A stretch of DNA of 63,275 bases, counting the filler, from Octopus bimaculoides (taxonomy: Eukaryota), in assembly GCF_001194135.2 (NCBI RefSeq). It is 5 parts of 5 records of this genome, joined end to end, with 100 filler letters (N's around TTAATTAATTAA, not from the genome) between each part and the next. Parts side by side here need not be neighbours in the genome. Positions count along the whole stretch, not along the records: positions 10,675 to 31,054 come from NC_068985.1; 4 more parts are not named here. The stretch is one strand, 5' to 3'. The position numbers were made by a program, and so were the translations under genes. Shown here piece by piece: positions 11,513 to 23,379 of this stretch. A model generated the notes under the pieces. The model was not told the origin of the DNA and did no database searches. It saw only the letters and a list, made by a program, of their open reading frames with translations. Position 1 is the first letter of the stretch, and every line of letters begins with the position of its first letter.

Positions 11513-14459
11513 GCATGCGGAACCCATGCTCCNNNNNNNNNNNNNNNNNNNNNNNNNNNNNNNNNNNNNNNNNNNNNNNNNNNNNNNNNNNNNNNNNNNN
11601 NNNNNNNNNNNNNNNNNNNNNNNNNNNNNNNNNNNNNNNNNNNNNNNNNNNNNNNNNNNNNNNNNNNNNNNNNNNNNNNNNNNNNNNNNNNNNNNNNNNN
11701 NNNNNNNNNNNNNNNNNNNNNNNNNNNNNNNNNNNNNNNNNNNNNNNNNNNNNNNNNNNNNNNNNNNNNNNNNNNNNNNNNNNNNNNNNNNNNNNNNNNN
11801 NNNNNNNNNNNNNNNNNNNNNNNNNNNNNNNNNNNNNNNNNNNNNNNNNNNNNNNNNNNNNNNNNNNNNNNNNNNNNNNNNNNNNNNNNNNNNNNNNNNN
11901 NNNNNNNNNNNNNNNNNNNNNNNNNNNNNNNNNNNNNNNNNNNNNNNNNNNNNNNNNNNNNNNNNNNNNNNNNNNNNNNNNNNNNNNNNNNNNNNNNNNN
12001 NNNNNNNNNNNNNNNNNNNNNNNNNNNNNNNNNNNNNNNNNNNNNNNNNNNNNNNNNNNNNNNNNNNNNNNNNNNNNNNNNNNNNNNNNNNNNNNNNNNN
12101 NNNNNNNNNNNNNNNNNNNNNNNNNNNNNNNNNNNNNNNNNNNNNNNNNNNNNNNNNNNNNNNNNNNNNNNNNNNNNNNNNNNNNNNNNNNNNNNNNNNN
12201 NNNNNNNNNNNNNNNNNNNNNNNNNNNNNNNNNNNNNNNNNNNNNNNNNNNNNNNNNNNNNNNNNNNNNNNNNNNNNNNNNNNNNNNNNNNNNNNNNNNN
12301 NNNNNNNNNNNNNNNNNNNNNNNNNNNNNNNNATATATATATATATATATATACATATATGCACACACACATATTCATATACATATATGCTCTCATTTAC
12401 ATTTACACATACACGCATACATATATATGCACACATGTATATATCTATATATGTATATTTATGTATGAACGTGTATCATATATTTGTGCGCATGCGAGGA
12501 GCTTAACGTGAACGACGCGTGTGTAAAATGTGTAGAGTCACGAATGAGTATAAATACACAAATCTACCCACCCCCATCTCTCTCTTTCTGTGTCAGAAGA
12601 GATAAAAGAGAGATGACGGGGGAAGAGTTAAAAACCTGTAGAGAATAATACATAAGTTGATCACATGCACACAGCAGCACACATTAACGCAGAAGGTCAC
12701 CATCGTTAACTGAAACGCATCTAACTGCAAACGTATCAGTTGCAGTATTGCGTACACTAAAATATGTCGTCTTTGATTCTGACAGGAGGGAGTCGCTCAT
12801 AATCAAGTTACTATAGTGAAATTGCTGAGTACTTTCAGTTAGAACGGTTGTTACCCTCATACTGTATTTGTAGCACACCATTAATAGGTGTATAGTATTT
12901 CAATGTTAGTCTATGTACGACACTTTATCTACTAGATGCTTGAGATAATAACAGAAAATTCGAAGAAAATCTCAGAAAGATAGAGAGTTATTCACCAAAT
13001 TTGAATAACATATCAATGTACCTCAATTGAGTAACTTCGATCTTTACACACACACCGATGGTATAAAAGGATAAATGGTTTCATAGATATTACAGCATAA
13101 TCTCAAGATTCTTTGATGGTGTGGGTCTGGGATTTGGACTGATGTCCTCGTTCGGGTACGTGGTTTGGACAACTCGTAGTTTTCTCCTTTCCCAGCTGCA
13201 GTGGACATTTTGCAATTATACTGCGATACAGCAACGGCTGAACGCCTGCTAACTTGCATTGATTGGGATCACATGAATCCTCTATGTACCCAAGTATATC
13301 GGGTAGTTTCATTAGATACAATTTTCTTCATGTTGCACCGTCTGGTCACTTCATTACCGTAGGATATGGCTCAATCAATGAAACACGCATCACTTGGATT
13401 TTGAATGTAAATTTGGAGGTATGAAAGATACAATACGAAGAAACAAATCACTGCTTGACCTATCCAACATGCTACTCATAGTATAAAATCGTCTGTTACT
13501 CAACAAAAGATAACCGCTTCACAAATAATACGGAGTTCGACCACAATGTGAAGATGAAGAGGTTGGCCCCAAATCTAGAAACAACCATCCTCTCCCAAGA
13601 GAAAAACCTCTGTACACTCACTCGATTTTCTAGAGATAGCCCAATCTTCTTCCTACGTTGGATAATGGAGTCCAAAATATAGCAACATTACCACTTTGGA
13701 AACTACGAAATCAATTCCAATTGTTTCAGTCTTTGCATTACTTTCAGTGCAATCCCCTCGACTTGAAGTTAAAAATTAAACACTTAAATCTGGTGATAAT
13801 TATTTTAGATCAGTTACAACATCATTCGTATGATCCATTGGTCTTTACAAAAACTCGAAAATAAGAATCTACTTCATTCAGAAAATGAACTTAGGAACAT
13901 TATTGTTCCAAACTAAACATAAAAGATTACTGAGGAACAAATATCAATTTAAAATTTTTAACATGAACACGCGCTGTGCGTGGTGTCCCTGTGCGAAGCA
14001 CTTTATTCCATGATATTTCATTCTATGCAGATATTATGAGTAACAACGGAGTGCTGGTTTAGCTCCCTTCCCCTTCTAGCGGTTACATGCTAAATGTACC
14101 GCCAAGTCAACAACGAGATGTTACATAGGAACCTAAAACAATTAGTCAAAGTGTGGTATATACTACCGAAGCATATCACTCGAAAGTGACGGCTGTACTG
14201 TACTTTATTGAGTTCCCATGGTCCAGCTATACCCGTGATTCTTCTTAGTGAGGCCAAGTGTTATCTATATATCTCGGCCACATGGGTGGCATATGTGTAT
14301 GTACATCTATGTAAGGTCTCCGTCGGTCCATGTTAACCATGTATCTTTAGACTTGGGTAAAACGTACATACATGTATAGACTTGGGGAAAACGTTTTGGG
14401 AAAAACTAGCAATCGTCCGTGCTGTCAGAAAGCAAACAACCTGACTCTAAAACAGTTTT

Positions 14460-14615
14460 GCCAGTCCACTATCTAGGCTGGTTCTTTTTTATCGACCCCA
14501 AAAGGATAAAAGGCAAAGTTGCCCTCGATAGAATTTGTACTTAGTGTGAAGCGAATCCGAATTAATATCGCAAGGCATTCTATCTTGTATTCTAATAACT
14601 CAACCAATTCGCCTC
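14460..14615 (-). mobile_element. degenerate SINE-C
   Basis: TTTATCGACCCC.AAAGGAT.AAAGGCAAAGT block of SINE-C. Confidence 0.6.
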
Positions 14616-14942
14616 TTATGTGTGTATAGACGTATAAAATAATTACTCCGCAGTAATTTCTTTTTGCGTAATTGTGGCAGATAGCATAATCACCATTTTT
14701 TTTTTCTAAGTGAGCTTATCTTTGCTATGTATTATTGTTTTATGCTCTCCTTCTGCTCGAAATGCGTTATACTTCTTTCTGCTATTATTTCTTATTTTAT
14801 TTTACCTTCTTTTTCTTTTCTTATTTCTTTTTACTTCCTACTTTCTCACCCCATACTAATTTTTCTCTTTCTTTTACTTGCTTTCGTCATATGAGCTCTT
14901 AACTACTGAATGTCTTTTATGCATACATACATATATACATAT

Positions 14943-14991
<49 letters not shown>

Positions 14992-15632
14992 NNNNNNNNN
15001 NNNNNNNNNNNNNNNNNNNNNNNNNNNNNNNNNNNNNNNNNNNNNNNNNNNNNNNNNNNNNNNNNNNNNNNNNNNNNNNNNNNNNNNNNNNNNNNNNNNN
15101 NNNNNNNNNNNNNNNNNNNNNNNNNNNNNNNNNNNNNNNNNNNNNNNNNNNNNNNNNNNNNNNNNNNNNNNNNNNNNNNNNNNNNNNNNNNNNNNNNNNN
15201 NNNNNNNNNNNNNNNNNNNNNNNNNNNNNNNNNNNNNNNNNNNNNNNNNNNNNNNNNNNNNNNNNNNNNNNNNNNNNNNNNNNNNNNNNNNNNNNNNNNN
15301 NNNNNNNNNNNNNNNNNNNNNNNNNNNNNNNNNNNNNNNNNNNNNNNNNNNNNNNNNNNNNNNNNNNNNNNNNNNNNNNNNNNNNNNNNNNNNNNNNNNN
15401 NNNNNNNNNNNNNNNNNNNNNNNNNNNNNNNNNNNNNNNNNNNNNNNNNNNNNNNNNNNNNNNNNNNNNNNNNNNNNNNNNNNNNNNNNNNNNNNNNNNN
15501 NNNNNNNNNNNNNNNNNNNNNNNNNNNNNNNNNNNNNNNNNNNNNNNNNNNNNNNNNNNNNNNNNNNNNNNNNNNNNNNNNNNNNNNNNNNNNNNNNNNN
15601 NNNNNNNNNNNNNNNNNNNNNNNNNNNNNNNN

Positions 15633-16393
15633 ATGTATACCCACATATATGTACATACTTACATCTACATGTGTATATAGATGCATATCAGGGTACAGGA
15701 CGTTGGAAAAATGAACTACAGTGAAAACAACATTAAAAATCCGTACGGCCAAACGCGAATCTGGTATTGAACGCTAGTGATAGGACGAAGCTGGACAGAG
15801 AAAAGACAGTTCGTCTCGCCTATCTACCTATCTATCTTTCTTCTTACCCATCTCCCCCTCTCGCTCTGCTTCCTCCTGTTGTCCTGGCTTCTACTTTACT
15901 GCTATACACGTCTCTCTCTTCCTCCTTGTTTCACTTCCTCCCTCTACCATCTTCTCTGCTCACGTGTGAGCTGTGGTCAACTCTCTCTTATCACTCCTGC
16001 CACTATGAAGGCGAAACGAACTGTCTTTTCTCTGTCCAGCTTCGTCCTATCACTAGCGTTCAATACCAGATTCGCGTTTGGCCGTACGGCTTTTTAATGT
16101 TGTTTTCACTGTACATTTTTTCCTGCCTTGGTTTGTGTTTGCCACCTTGGAATCCTCTGTTTAGTGGGTCGATCCACTACTCAGGAAGAGACTATTCTAG
16201 AGTACGTTCTGCCTTATCTTCGAAACGTCCAGTTAGAATAGAGACAGCTGACGAAGGATTAATTCCAAGTGGCTATCTGTTTTCCTATGTGCTCGTTCCG
16301 TTGTCTGTAGTTCATTTTCCCAACGTCCTGTACCCTGATATGCATCTATATACACATGTAGATATAAGTATGTACATATATGTAGGTATACAT
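15633..16393. repeat. long inverted repeat, probable PLE pseudo-LTR pair
   Basis: 15633-15820 is the reverse complement of 16010-16113 joined to 16310-16393. Confidence 0.8.
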
Positions 16394-16456
16394 GCATACA
16401 TATTCTTTGTATTATTATATCACCGAACGCTACGCGTCTATTTGCAAGTAAGTTTT

Positions 16457-16496
<40 letters not shown>

Positions 16497-17665
16497 TTAT
16501 TTAAAAGAGTTCCAGCTCTGTCTGTTTTTTATGTTTTTTATTTATATTCTTGTAAAATTTATGTNNNNNNNNNNNNNNNNNNNNNNNNNNNNNNNNNNNN
16601 NNNNNNNNNNNNNNNNNNNNNNNNNNNNNNNNNNNNNNNNNNNNNNNNNNNNNNNNNNNNNNNNNNNNNNNNNNNNNNNNNNNNNNNNNNNNNNNNNNNN
16701 NNNNNNNNNNNNNNNNNNNNNNNNNNNNNNNNNNNNNNNNNNNNNNNNNNNNNNNNNNNNNNNNNNNNNNNNNNNNNNNNNNNNNNNNNNNNNNNNNNNN
16801 NNNNNNNNNNNNNNNNNNNNNNNNNNNNNNNNNNNNNNNNNNNNNNNNNNNNNNNNNNNNNNNNNNNNNNNNNNNNNNNNNNNNNNNNNNNNNNNNNNNN
16901 NNNNNNNNNNNNNNNNNNNNNNNNNNNNNNNNNNNNNNNNNNNNNNNNNNNNNNNNNNNNNNNNNNNNNNNNNNNNNNNNNNNNNNNNNNNNNNNNNNNN
17001 NNNNNNNNNNNNNNNNNNNNNNNNNNNNNNNNNNNNNNNNNNNNNNNNNNNNNNNNNNNNNNNNNNNNNNNNNNNNNNNNNNNNNNNNNNNNNNNNNNNN
17101 NNNNNNNNNNNNNNNNNNNNNNNNNNNNNNNNNNNNNNNNNNNNNNNNNNNNNNNNNNNNNNNNNNNNNNNNNNNNNNNNNNNNNNNNNNNNNNNNNNNN
17201 NNNNNNNNNNNNNNNNNNNNNNNNNNNNNNNNNNNNNNNNNNNNNNNNNNNNNNNNNNNNNNNNNNNNNNNNNNNNNNNNNNNNNNNNNNNNNNNNNNNN
17301 NNNNNNNNNNNNNNNNNNNNNNNNNNNNNNNNNNNNNNNNNNNNNNNNNNNNNNNNNNNNNNNNNNNNNNNNTCTTCCGCTAGCGGTGTAACAAGAGTGC
17401 AGCAGAAAACCACATGAATGATTCTCTCATGATAGATACTATAGTAATATGTGTTGTAACACATCCACTTTTAAATGGTGAGAAATGTTACCTTTTCTAT
17501 GTATGTATGTATGTATGTATGTATGTATGTATGTATGTATGTATGTGCGCTTTTCAAACTGGCGGTGAAACAATAGATAGTTGTCATTCATAAACATATT
17601 AGCACTATTGAAGTTGGAAAAGTAGTTCGATGTGTGAAGTGAAACCATCGATAAAAATATAAAAT

Positions 17666-18075
17666 AGGCGCAGGAGTGGCTGTGTGGTAAGTAGTTTGTT
17701 TACCAACCACATGGTTCCGGGTTCAGTTCCACTGCGTGGCACCTTGGGCAAGTGTCTTCTACTATAGCCTCGGGCCGACCAAAGCCTTGTGAGTAGATTT
17801 GGTAGACGGAAACTGAAAGAAGCCCGTCGTATATATGTATATATATATGTATGTGTGTTTGTGTGTCTGTATCTGTCACCCCACCATCGCTTGATAACCG
17901 ATGCTGGTGTGTTTACGTCCCCGTAACTTAGCAGTTAGGCAAAAGAGACCGATAGAATAAGTACTTGGCTTCCAAAGAATAAGTCCTGGGGTCGATTTGC
18001 TCGACTAAAGGCGGTGCTCCAGCATGGCCGCAGTCAAATGACTGAAACAAGTAAAAGAGTAAAAGAGTAAAAGAG
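17666..18075 (+). mobile_element. SINE-A, full length
   Basis: tRNA-like A/B boxes, CACCTTGGGCAAGT CORE-like segment, internal microsatellite, (GTAAAAGA)n tail; about 20 related pieces in the window. Confidence 0.92.
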
Positions 18076-18325
18076 ATCAACCGATGGAAAGGAACAAAAA
18101 TGATTATGTTCAATATAAAGTTAATAGGAACAGAATTTATGTGATATAATCAAATATGGAATGACAGTTGGGTGAAAACTGTGTGTGTCTATGGAGTAAG
18201 TTTAATATACAAATGATTTTAGGAATTATTCCAGCGGTTTCTTTCAACGATTTATGAAATAAACCCTTAAATATAAAAATTAAGGTGTTTCGTTGATAAC
18301 GGTTATCGTTAATGAAAACTTTATT

Positions 18326-18700
18326 TTTACTTTTACTTGTCTCAGTCATTGAATTGCGACCACGCCGGGACATAGTCTTAAAAGGTTTTACTCATACGGA
18401 TCGATCCCAGTACTTTTTAAAACCTGGTACTTATTCTATCGTTCGGTTTTGCCTAACCGTTAAGTTATGGGGACATAAAGAAACTAACACCGATTGTCAT
18501 GCGGTGTGTGTGTGTGTGTGGGGGGGGGAACAAACATAAACACACACAACTGGCTTCGTTTCAGTTTCCGTTACGAAATCCACCCACAAAATTTTGGTTG
18601 GCCTGGGGCTACAATAGAAGATATTTGCCCAAGATGCCACGCAGTATGACTGATCCCGAAACCATGTTGTAAGAAAAGCAAACTTCTCACCACACTACCA
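18326..18700 (-). mobile_element. SINE-A, diverged
   Basis: Colinear reverse-complement match to SINE-A from tail to head. Confidence 0.75.
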
Positions 18701-18874
18701 GGGGAAGATTGAGCTGTTTTACTCTTAAACGATTTAAATTTTAGTCATAAAGCCATAAACATTCAAAGTATTATTAAAATAAAAAAAAGAACCAAATATT
18801 TTTTGAAGTATATCTGTAAGATTTGTATTTTAATTAATATTTCCGTTTAAATTTACTGTATGACTTAACTTTTT

Positions 18875-19256
18875 GCCACTCCGTCGCTTACGACGACGAG
18901 GGTTCCAGTTGATCCGATCAGCGGAACAGCCTGCTCGTGAAATTAACGTGCAAGTGACTGAGCACTCCACAGACACGTGTACCCTTAACGTAGTTCTCGG
19001 GGATATTGATATTCAGCGTGACAAAGTGTGACAAGGCTGACCCTTTGAATTACAGGCACAACAGAAACAGGAAGTAAGAGTGAGAGAAAGTTGTGGTGAA
19101 AAAGTACAGCAGGGTTCTCCACCATCCCCTGCCGGAGCCTTGTGGAGCTTTAGATGTTTTCGCTCAATAAACACTCACAACACCCTGTCTGGAAATCGAA
19201 ACCGCGATCCTATGACCGCGAGTCCGCTGCCCTAACCACTGGACCATTGCGCCTTC
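18875..19256 (-). mobile_element. SINE-B, full length with TSD
   Basis: tRNA-like head at 19256; ends CGTCGTCGTAAGCGACGGAGTGGC; 13-bp TSD ACTGTATGACTTA (18855) / ACTGTATGGCTTA (19257). Confidence 0.92.
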
Positions 19257-19654
19257 ACTGTATGGCTTATATATGTAATATAAATTTATTATTGAGTATA
19301 AGTAACCTATTATTAATGGAATAAAAAATCAAATGTATATGTTGAAAAAAATCTATTTTTGAACAAAGTAACGTTCGAGTTAGTACTGACCGCGGCACAG
19401 TAAACTAAATTTATTGGCCTTACAATTTCCTTCAAGTAGACTATTGTCGGTGCTGATATAATTAAATGCATTTTCATAAGGAGGCTGAGTTTTTAATTTC
19501 AGTAGATTAAAGTTGGCCAATATCTGCGCAAAACTATAGCTGGCTGAATTGACATTTTAATAATTGTATCCATTGAGGAAATTCTGGCAATTGTAATTGA
19601 GAGGGAAACATTAGTAGGGAGGATTGAAAAAAATTACTATTGTAAATGCATTTC

Positions 19655-19934
19655 AGTTCTGTATTTAAGAGATGAGGAATTATGTACATTATTTACATTA
19701 TTTCCATTTGACGGATATTTGTCCTCATCTTGTTTGTTCTTAACACAAGTTTTGGCTGATATACCCTCCAGCTTTCATTAGGTGTCTTGGAGGAAATTTC
19801 GAACCTGGGTTCTCAATCCTAAGGTACTTTTTGATGTTATTATTATTATTATTATTATTATTTAGGTCACTGCCTGGAATCGAACTCGGAATCTTGGGGT
19901 TAGTAGCCTACGCTCTTAACCATTACGCCATATG
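19655..19934 (-). mobile_element. SINE-D: tRNA-like head + (AAT)n + hammerhead-bearing tail
   Basis: Head TGGCGTAATGG...GAGTTCGATTCC; colinear with 39030-39312; hammerhead core degenerate in this copy (CTAATGA, CAAAAC). Confidence 0.85.
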
Positions 19935-20022
19935 AAGGCTGGAGGGTATATCAGCCGAAACGTTGTGTTAACAACAAGCAAGATGAGGACAAATATCCGT
20001 CAAATGTAAATAATGTAAATAA
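19932..20022 (+). repeat. inverted partial copy of the SINE-D tail
   Basis: ATGAAGGCTGGAGGGTATATCAGCCGAAACGTTGTGTT...CAAATGTAAATAATGTAA is the reverse complement of about 19685-19780. Confidence 0.9.
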
Positions 20023-20510
20023 AGCAAATACATTTGTTTAACATGCTGAATAACTAATAAGAGAAAGAATATATCTTCAGCTTTGTTTATTAATAACACT
20101 AAACGTTTCTGATATACACAACGTACGATTTGTTGTATGCATGTTATGCCTGTGAATTAAGAAATAATGAAGTTATCAAAAGATGAGAGCTGAAATATTT
20201 CAAATAAATTCGGACATAGTTACAAGCTACAACAGATATAATTTCTGAGAAAACGAAAATTGAGGGATGAAAAAGGCTTCCCGCCGCAATAAGAAAAGTT
20301 CCTATTGAAAGCTGAATTCCAAGGTTTTTATATATCCATCAAAATGTTCTTAGAATCTACCATGAATTCTTAAGGTGCAACAATTAAACTTTTCTTTTTG
20401 TTTGTCACCGTCCACCACAAATTGACGTCAAAGATTGGTGGCTGGAAAAATTTCAGTAAGCGTGATAATAGAGCTGAAAGATATAGCCAAAATATAATCT
20501 GGTCAATATT

Positions 20511-20730
20511 CTTTTCTACTCTAGGCACAAGGCCTAGAAATTTGGAGGGATGGGGCCAGTCGATTAGATCGATCCCAGTACGCAACTGATACTTAATTTA
20601 TCGATCACGAAAGGATGAAAGGCAAAGTCGACCTCGGCAGAATTTGAACTCAGAATGTAACGGTAGACGAAATACCACTAAGCATTTAGCCTGGCGTGCT
20701 AACGATTCTGCCAGCTCGCCGCCCTATAAA
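20511..20730 (-). mobile_element. SINE-C with TSD
   Basis: 12-bp TSD CTGGTCAATATT at 20499-20510 and 20731-20742. Confidence 0.92.
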
Positions 20731-20807
20731 CTGGTCAATATTACTAAATATTGTGTTATCATTCGCCAGTGGAAATTACCTTTAGTCATTATTATCAAGT
20801 ATAGTAA

Positions 20808-21021
20808 AGCGGCGAGCTAGTAGAATTGTTAGCACATCGGACAAAAAAACTTAGCTCCATTTCGCCTGTCTTTAACGTTCTGAGTTCGAATTCCGCCGAG
20901 GTCAACTTTGTCTTTTATTCTTTCGGGGTCGATAAAATAAGTACCAGTTGAGAACTGGGTTCGACGTAATTGACTATCCCACCCTTAAAATTTCAGACCT
21001 TGTGCCTATAGTAGAAAGGAC
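20808..21021 (+). mobile_element. SINE-C with TSD
   Basis: 18-bp TSD TATTATCAAGTATAGTAA at 20790-20807 and 21022-21039. Confidence 0.92.
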
Positions 21022-21212
21022 TATTATCAAGTATAGTAATACTATTTGCCTGCGATTTTGACTTCCGAATCTAAATATCCTGGGTCACAAAATCGAGGAA
21101 GGCTAAATGTTAAATTATGGATTTTAAAACTGGTAATGATGCGTACCCACACACATTCACAGGTACACATATGTGCATGAGAAAGAATAAAGAGATAGAG
21201 AAAACACAAACT

Positions 21213-21343
21213 AACTAGAAAAGCACTCGGAGAGCGCAGACTTCCGACAAGCAACTCATTTCTGCCCATATACACGTATGCTGACAATCGTCCAATTTTC
21301 CAAACCAACGCCAGTAAAAACATAACTTCCTTGGCGGGGGTAA
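21213..21343 (-). mobile_element. short HINE/DINE-1-like non-autonomous Helentron
   Basis: Minus strand starts TTACCCCCGCCAAGGAAGTTATGTTTT and ends CTTGTCGGAAGT (imperfect subTIR) + GCGCTC-TCC-GAGTGC hairpin + TTTTCTAGTT. Confidence 0.6.
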
Positions 21344-21583
21344 AAACAAATAATACGGCCATATGATTAAAAGAAAAATCCTTCTAAAAACAGGAATCAT
21401 CTGAAGTAGTTATAATACATCAATGACAACAGCAAGCTAGTTTCACCATACAACTAAAAAGAAACAGCAATTACCTAAAACTTGAGTGATACACACACAA
21501 CATCATGGTCGGAAAAGTAACAGCCGGTTACGGTGACTTGTGAACGCCGATCCTGGTTCACGTAGACATGATCTAGCTGGCTT

Positions 21584-22130
21584 TCATAGTCGGTGGTGGG
21601 TTTTTAGACTAATTGGTCGAACCCAAACTAGTTCATAGTTTGTCAAGATCTCATGGTTTGGGGAATCAAGGAGATCCACGTTGAAATCACCAAGGACGAT
21701 GGTCAGATGATTCCTTGGCAAAGATCTTATAAGATGATGCAGGCTGGTGAGGAAAGGATCAACTGGTACGGAAGGAGATCTGTAAATGGTGATGATATTG
21801 ATTTTTGTTGATGAGATGGTTACCCCGACAGCGGTGTGACATTCAAATGTATATCCGTGACATTCAAATGTATATCCACTGACATTCAAATGTATATCCG
21901 TGGGGGCGATCTCCTGCTTGGCAACAGTCATCACCCCACCTCCACGCCCAAGTGCAGCAGGCCTGTCTGCTCTAGGGATCTTCGACTGCGGTAGGATGGA
22001 TGCTACTTGTTGATTCTGCTTCAAGANNNNNNNNNNNGCTTCAAGAACGTTTCCACGAAACAAAACACATCAACATTTTGAAGAGTGTTGTGCGCTTTCA
22101 AGTCTTGTTCATGTTCAAAGTAGGACCTGA
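21584..22130 (-). pseudogene. apurinic (AP) endonuclease domain of a Helentron
   Basis: NVDVFCFVETFLK, GRGGGVM, IITIYRSP, IVLGDFNVDLL motifs directly downstream of the PIF1 domain. Confidence 0.85.
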
Positions 22131-22203
22131 TACTGAACAGCCTGATCTGCAGTCCTCCATGAGTAACTGTGGGAGCAGCAGAAGGCAAAGTTTCAGACGA
22201 CGC

Positions 22204-23225
22204 TTACTGTCGAAGCCTGTCCATTTCACGAACAACTGATGGACTAGTGCGGATTGCACTTGCATCAAATCCAAGCAAGAAGAGGCCACTCAAGTGTCGG
22301 ACACGACTCAAGGCAACATACGCCTGACCAGGCATGAAGGAACCTTTTCCTTGCATGGCAACAACAATCTTATCCATGGTCTTGCCCTGGACTTTATGTA
22401 TGGTGCAACCCCAGGTCAGTGAGAAAGGAAATTGCGAACGCTTTGCCTCCACAAATCGTCTACCCCTCCCGATATAGAACTGAACATCCAGTCGTTTGAT
22501 GGGAACTACTCCCGGGAATGACCTCTTGTACTGGCTGTCAGCGATGACCTGCTCACCCACCCGTTCACTGTCAAATTTGACGAGGATTGTATGGACGGCA
22601 CTACCAGTGTTGTCGATCCCAACAACTGTGCCACAGACGCCATTTGCCAGACCGTCAGAGACGTCTATGTTGACAGTTATCATCACTCTAGCGCTAACTG
22701 CTATAGACACTACTTCCCTGAGGCCGCCAGTGTCTGACGCCTTAGTGGAAATGGCAACATCAATAAGGCCAGTCTAGACGTCTTTCTTTTTGTCGATAGT
22801 TTTGATGTCATAAATCGGGTCAAGCAGCTTGTGGTGTTCTGTGTTGTGTTCATCAACCTCTTTGTTCGTCTTAAACACGTGACAGGCGTTCGCTGGGTAG
22901 TCAGTGTCTTCTTTGGTGATGACTCTGGTCTGAAGCAAGGTTATATTATCTTCTGTGCAGGTAGCTGTCCTGACCCTCATCAACAATTGCCAAAATGTTG
23001 ATCGTCCTTTTGTCGCATGCCCTCTGTGAGTTCCATCAATTTGAAGTTTTCCTCTCACAGAGATCCATGCAAGCGGGCGTAGTTGTCTCCCGGGAGGCCA
23101 AAGACGTGATTCTGGCCTACAGGTTGCAGTTGGTAGAGATCCCCAACGGCCATCACACTGACTCCTCCAAATCGGGAATCTGGGTCAGAGTTCTCACAGA
23201 TGTTTTGAAGCCGGCGACTACTAAG
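22204..23225 (-). pseudogene. PIF1-family SF1 helicase domain of a Helitron/Helentron RepHel
   Basis: FGGVSVMAVGDLYQLQPV, NIDVSDGLANG, RSQFPFSLTWGCTIHKVQGKT, GQAYVALSRV; frameshifted. Confidence 0.92.
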
Positions 23226-23379
23226 ATAGAGACATGAGTAAAATTAATAATAGAGAAACGAAAATAAAACTTTGGAAACAGCAACACCACCATAGCTTAC
23301 GTGGAAACCACGAGCGCACTTTCACGGGAGATAATTAGAGAAAGACTTGAAAGTCGGTATGATCGTAATACTTCATGTA

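Noticed and set aside
12684-12881. 65-aa ORF in non-repetitive sequence
   Set aside because: No recognisable motif or splice signals; the length is expected by chance
13380-13620. RFTNNTEFDHN resembling a MULE transposase TNN..E..H motif
   Set aside because: Two stops and only a single short motif; cannot be assigned without a profile search
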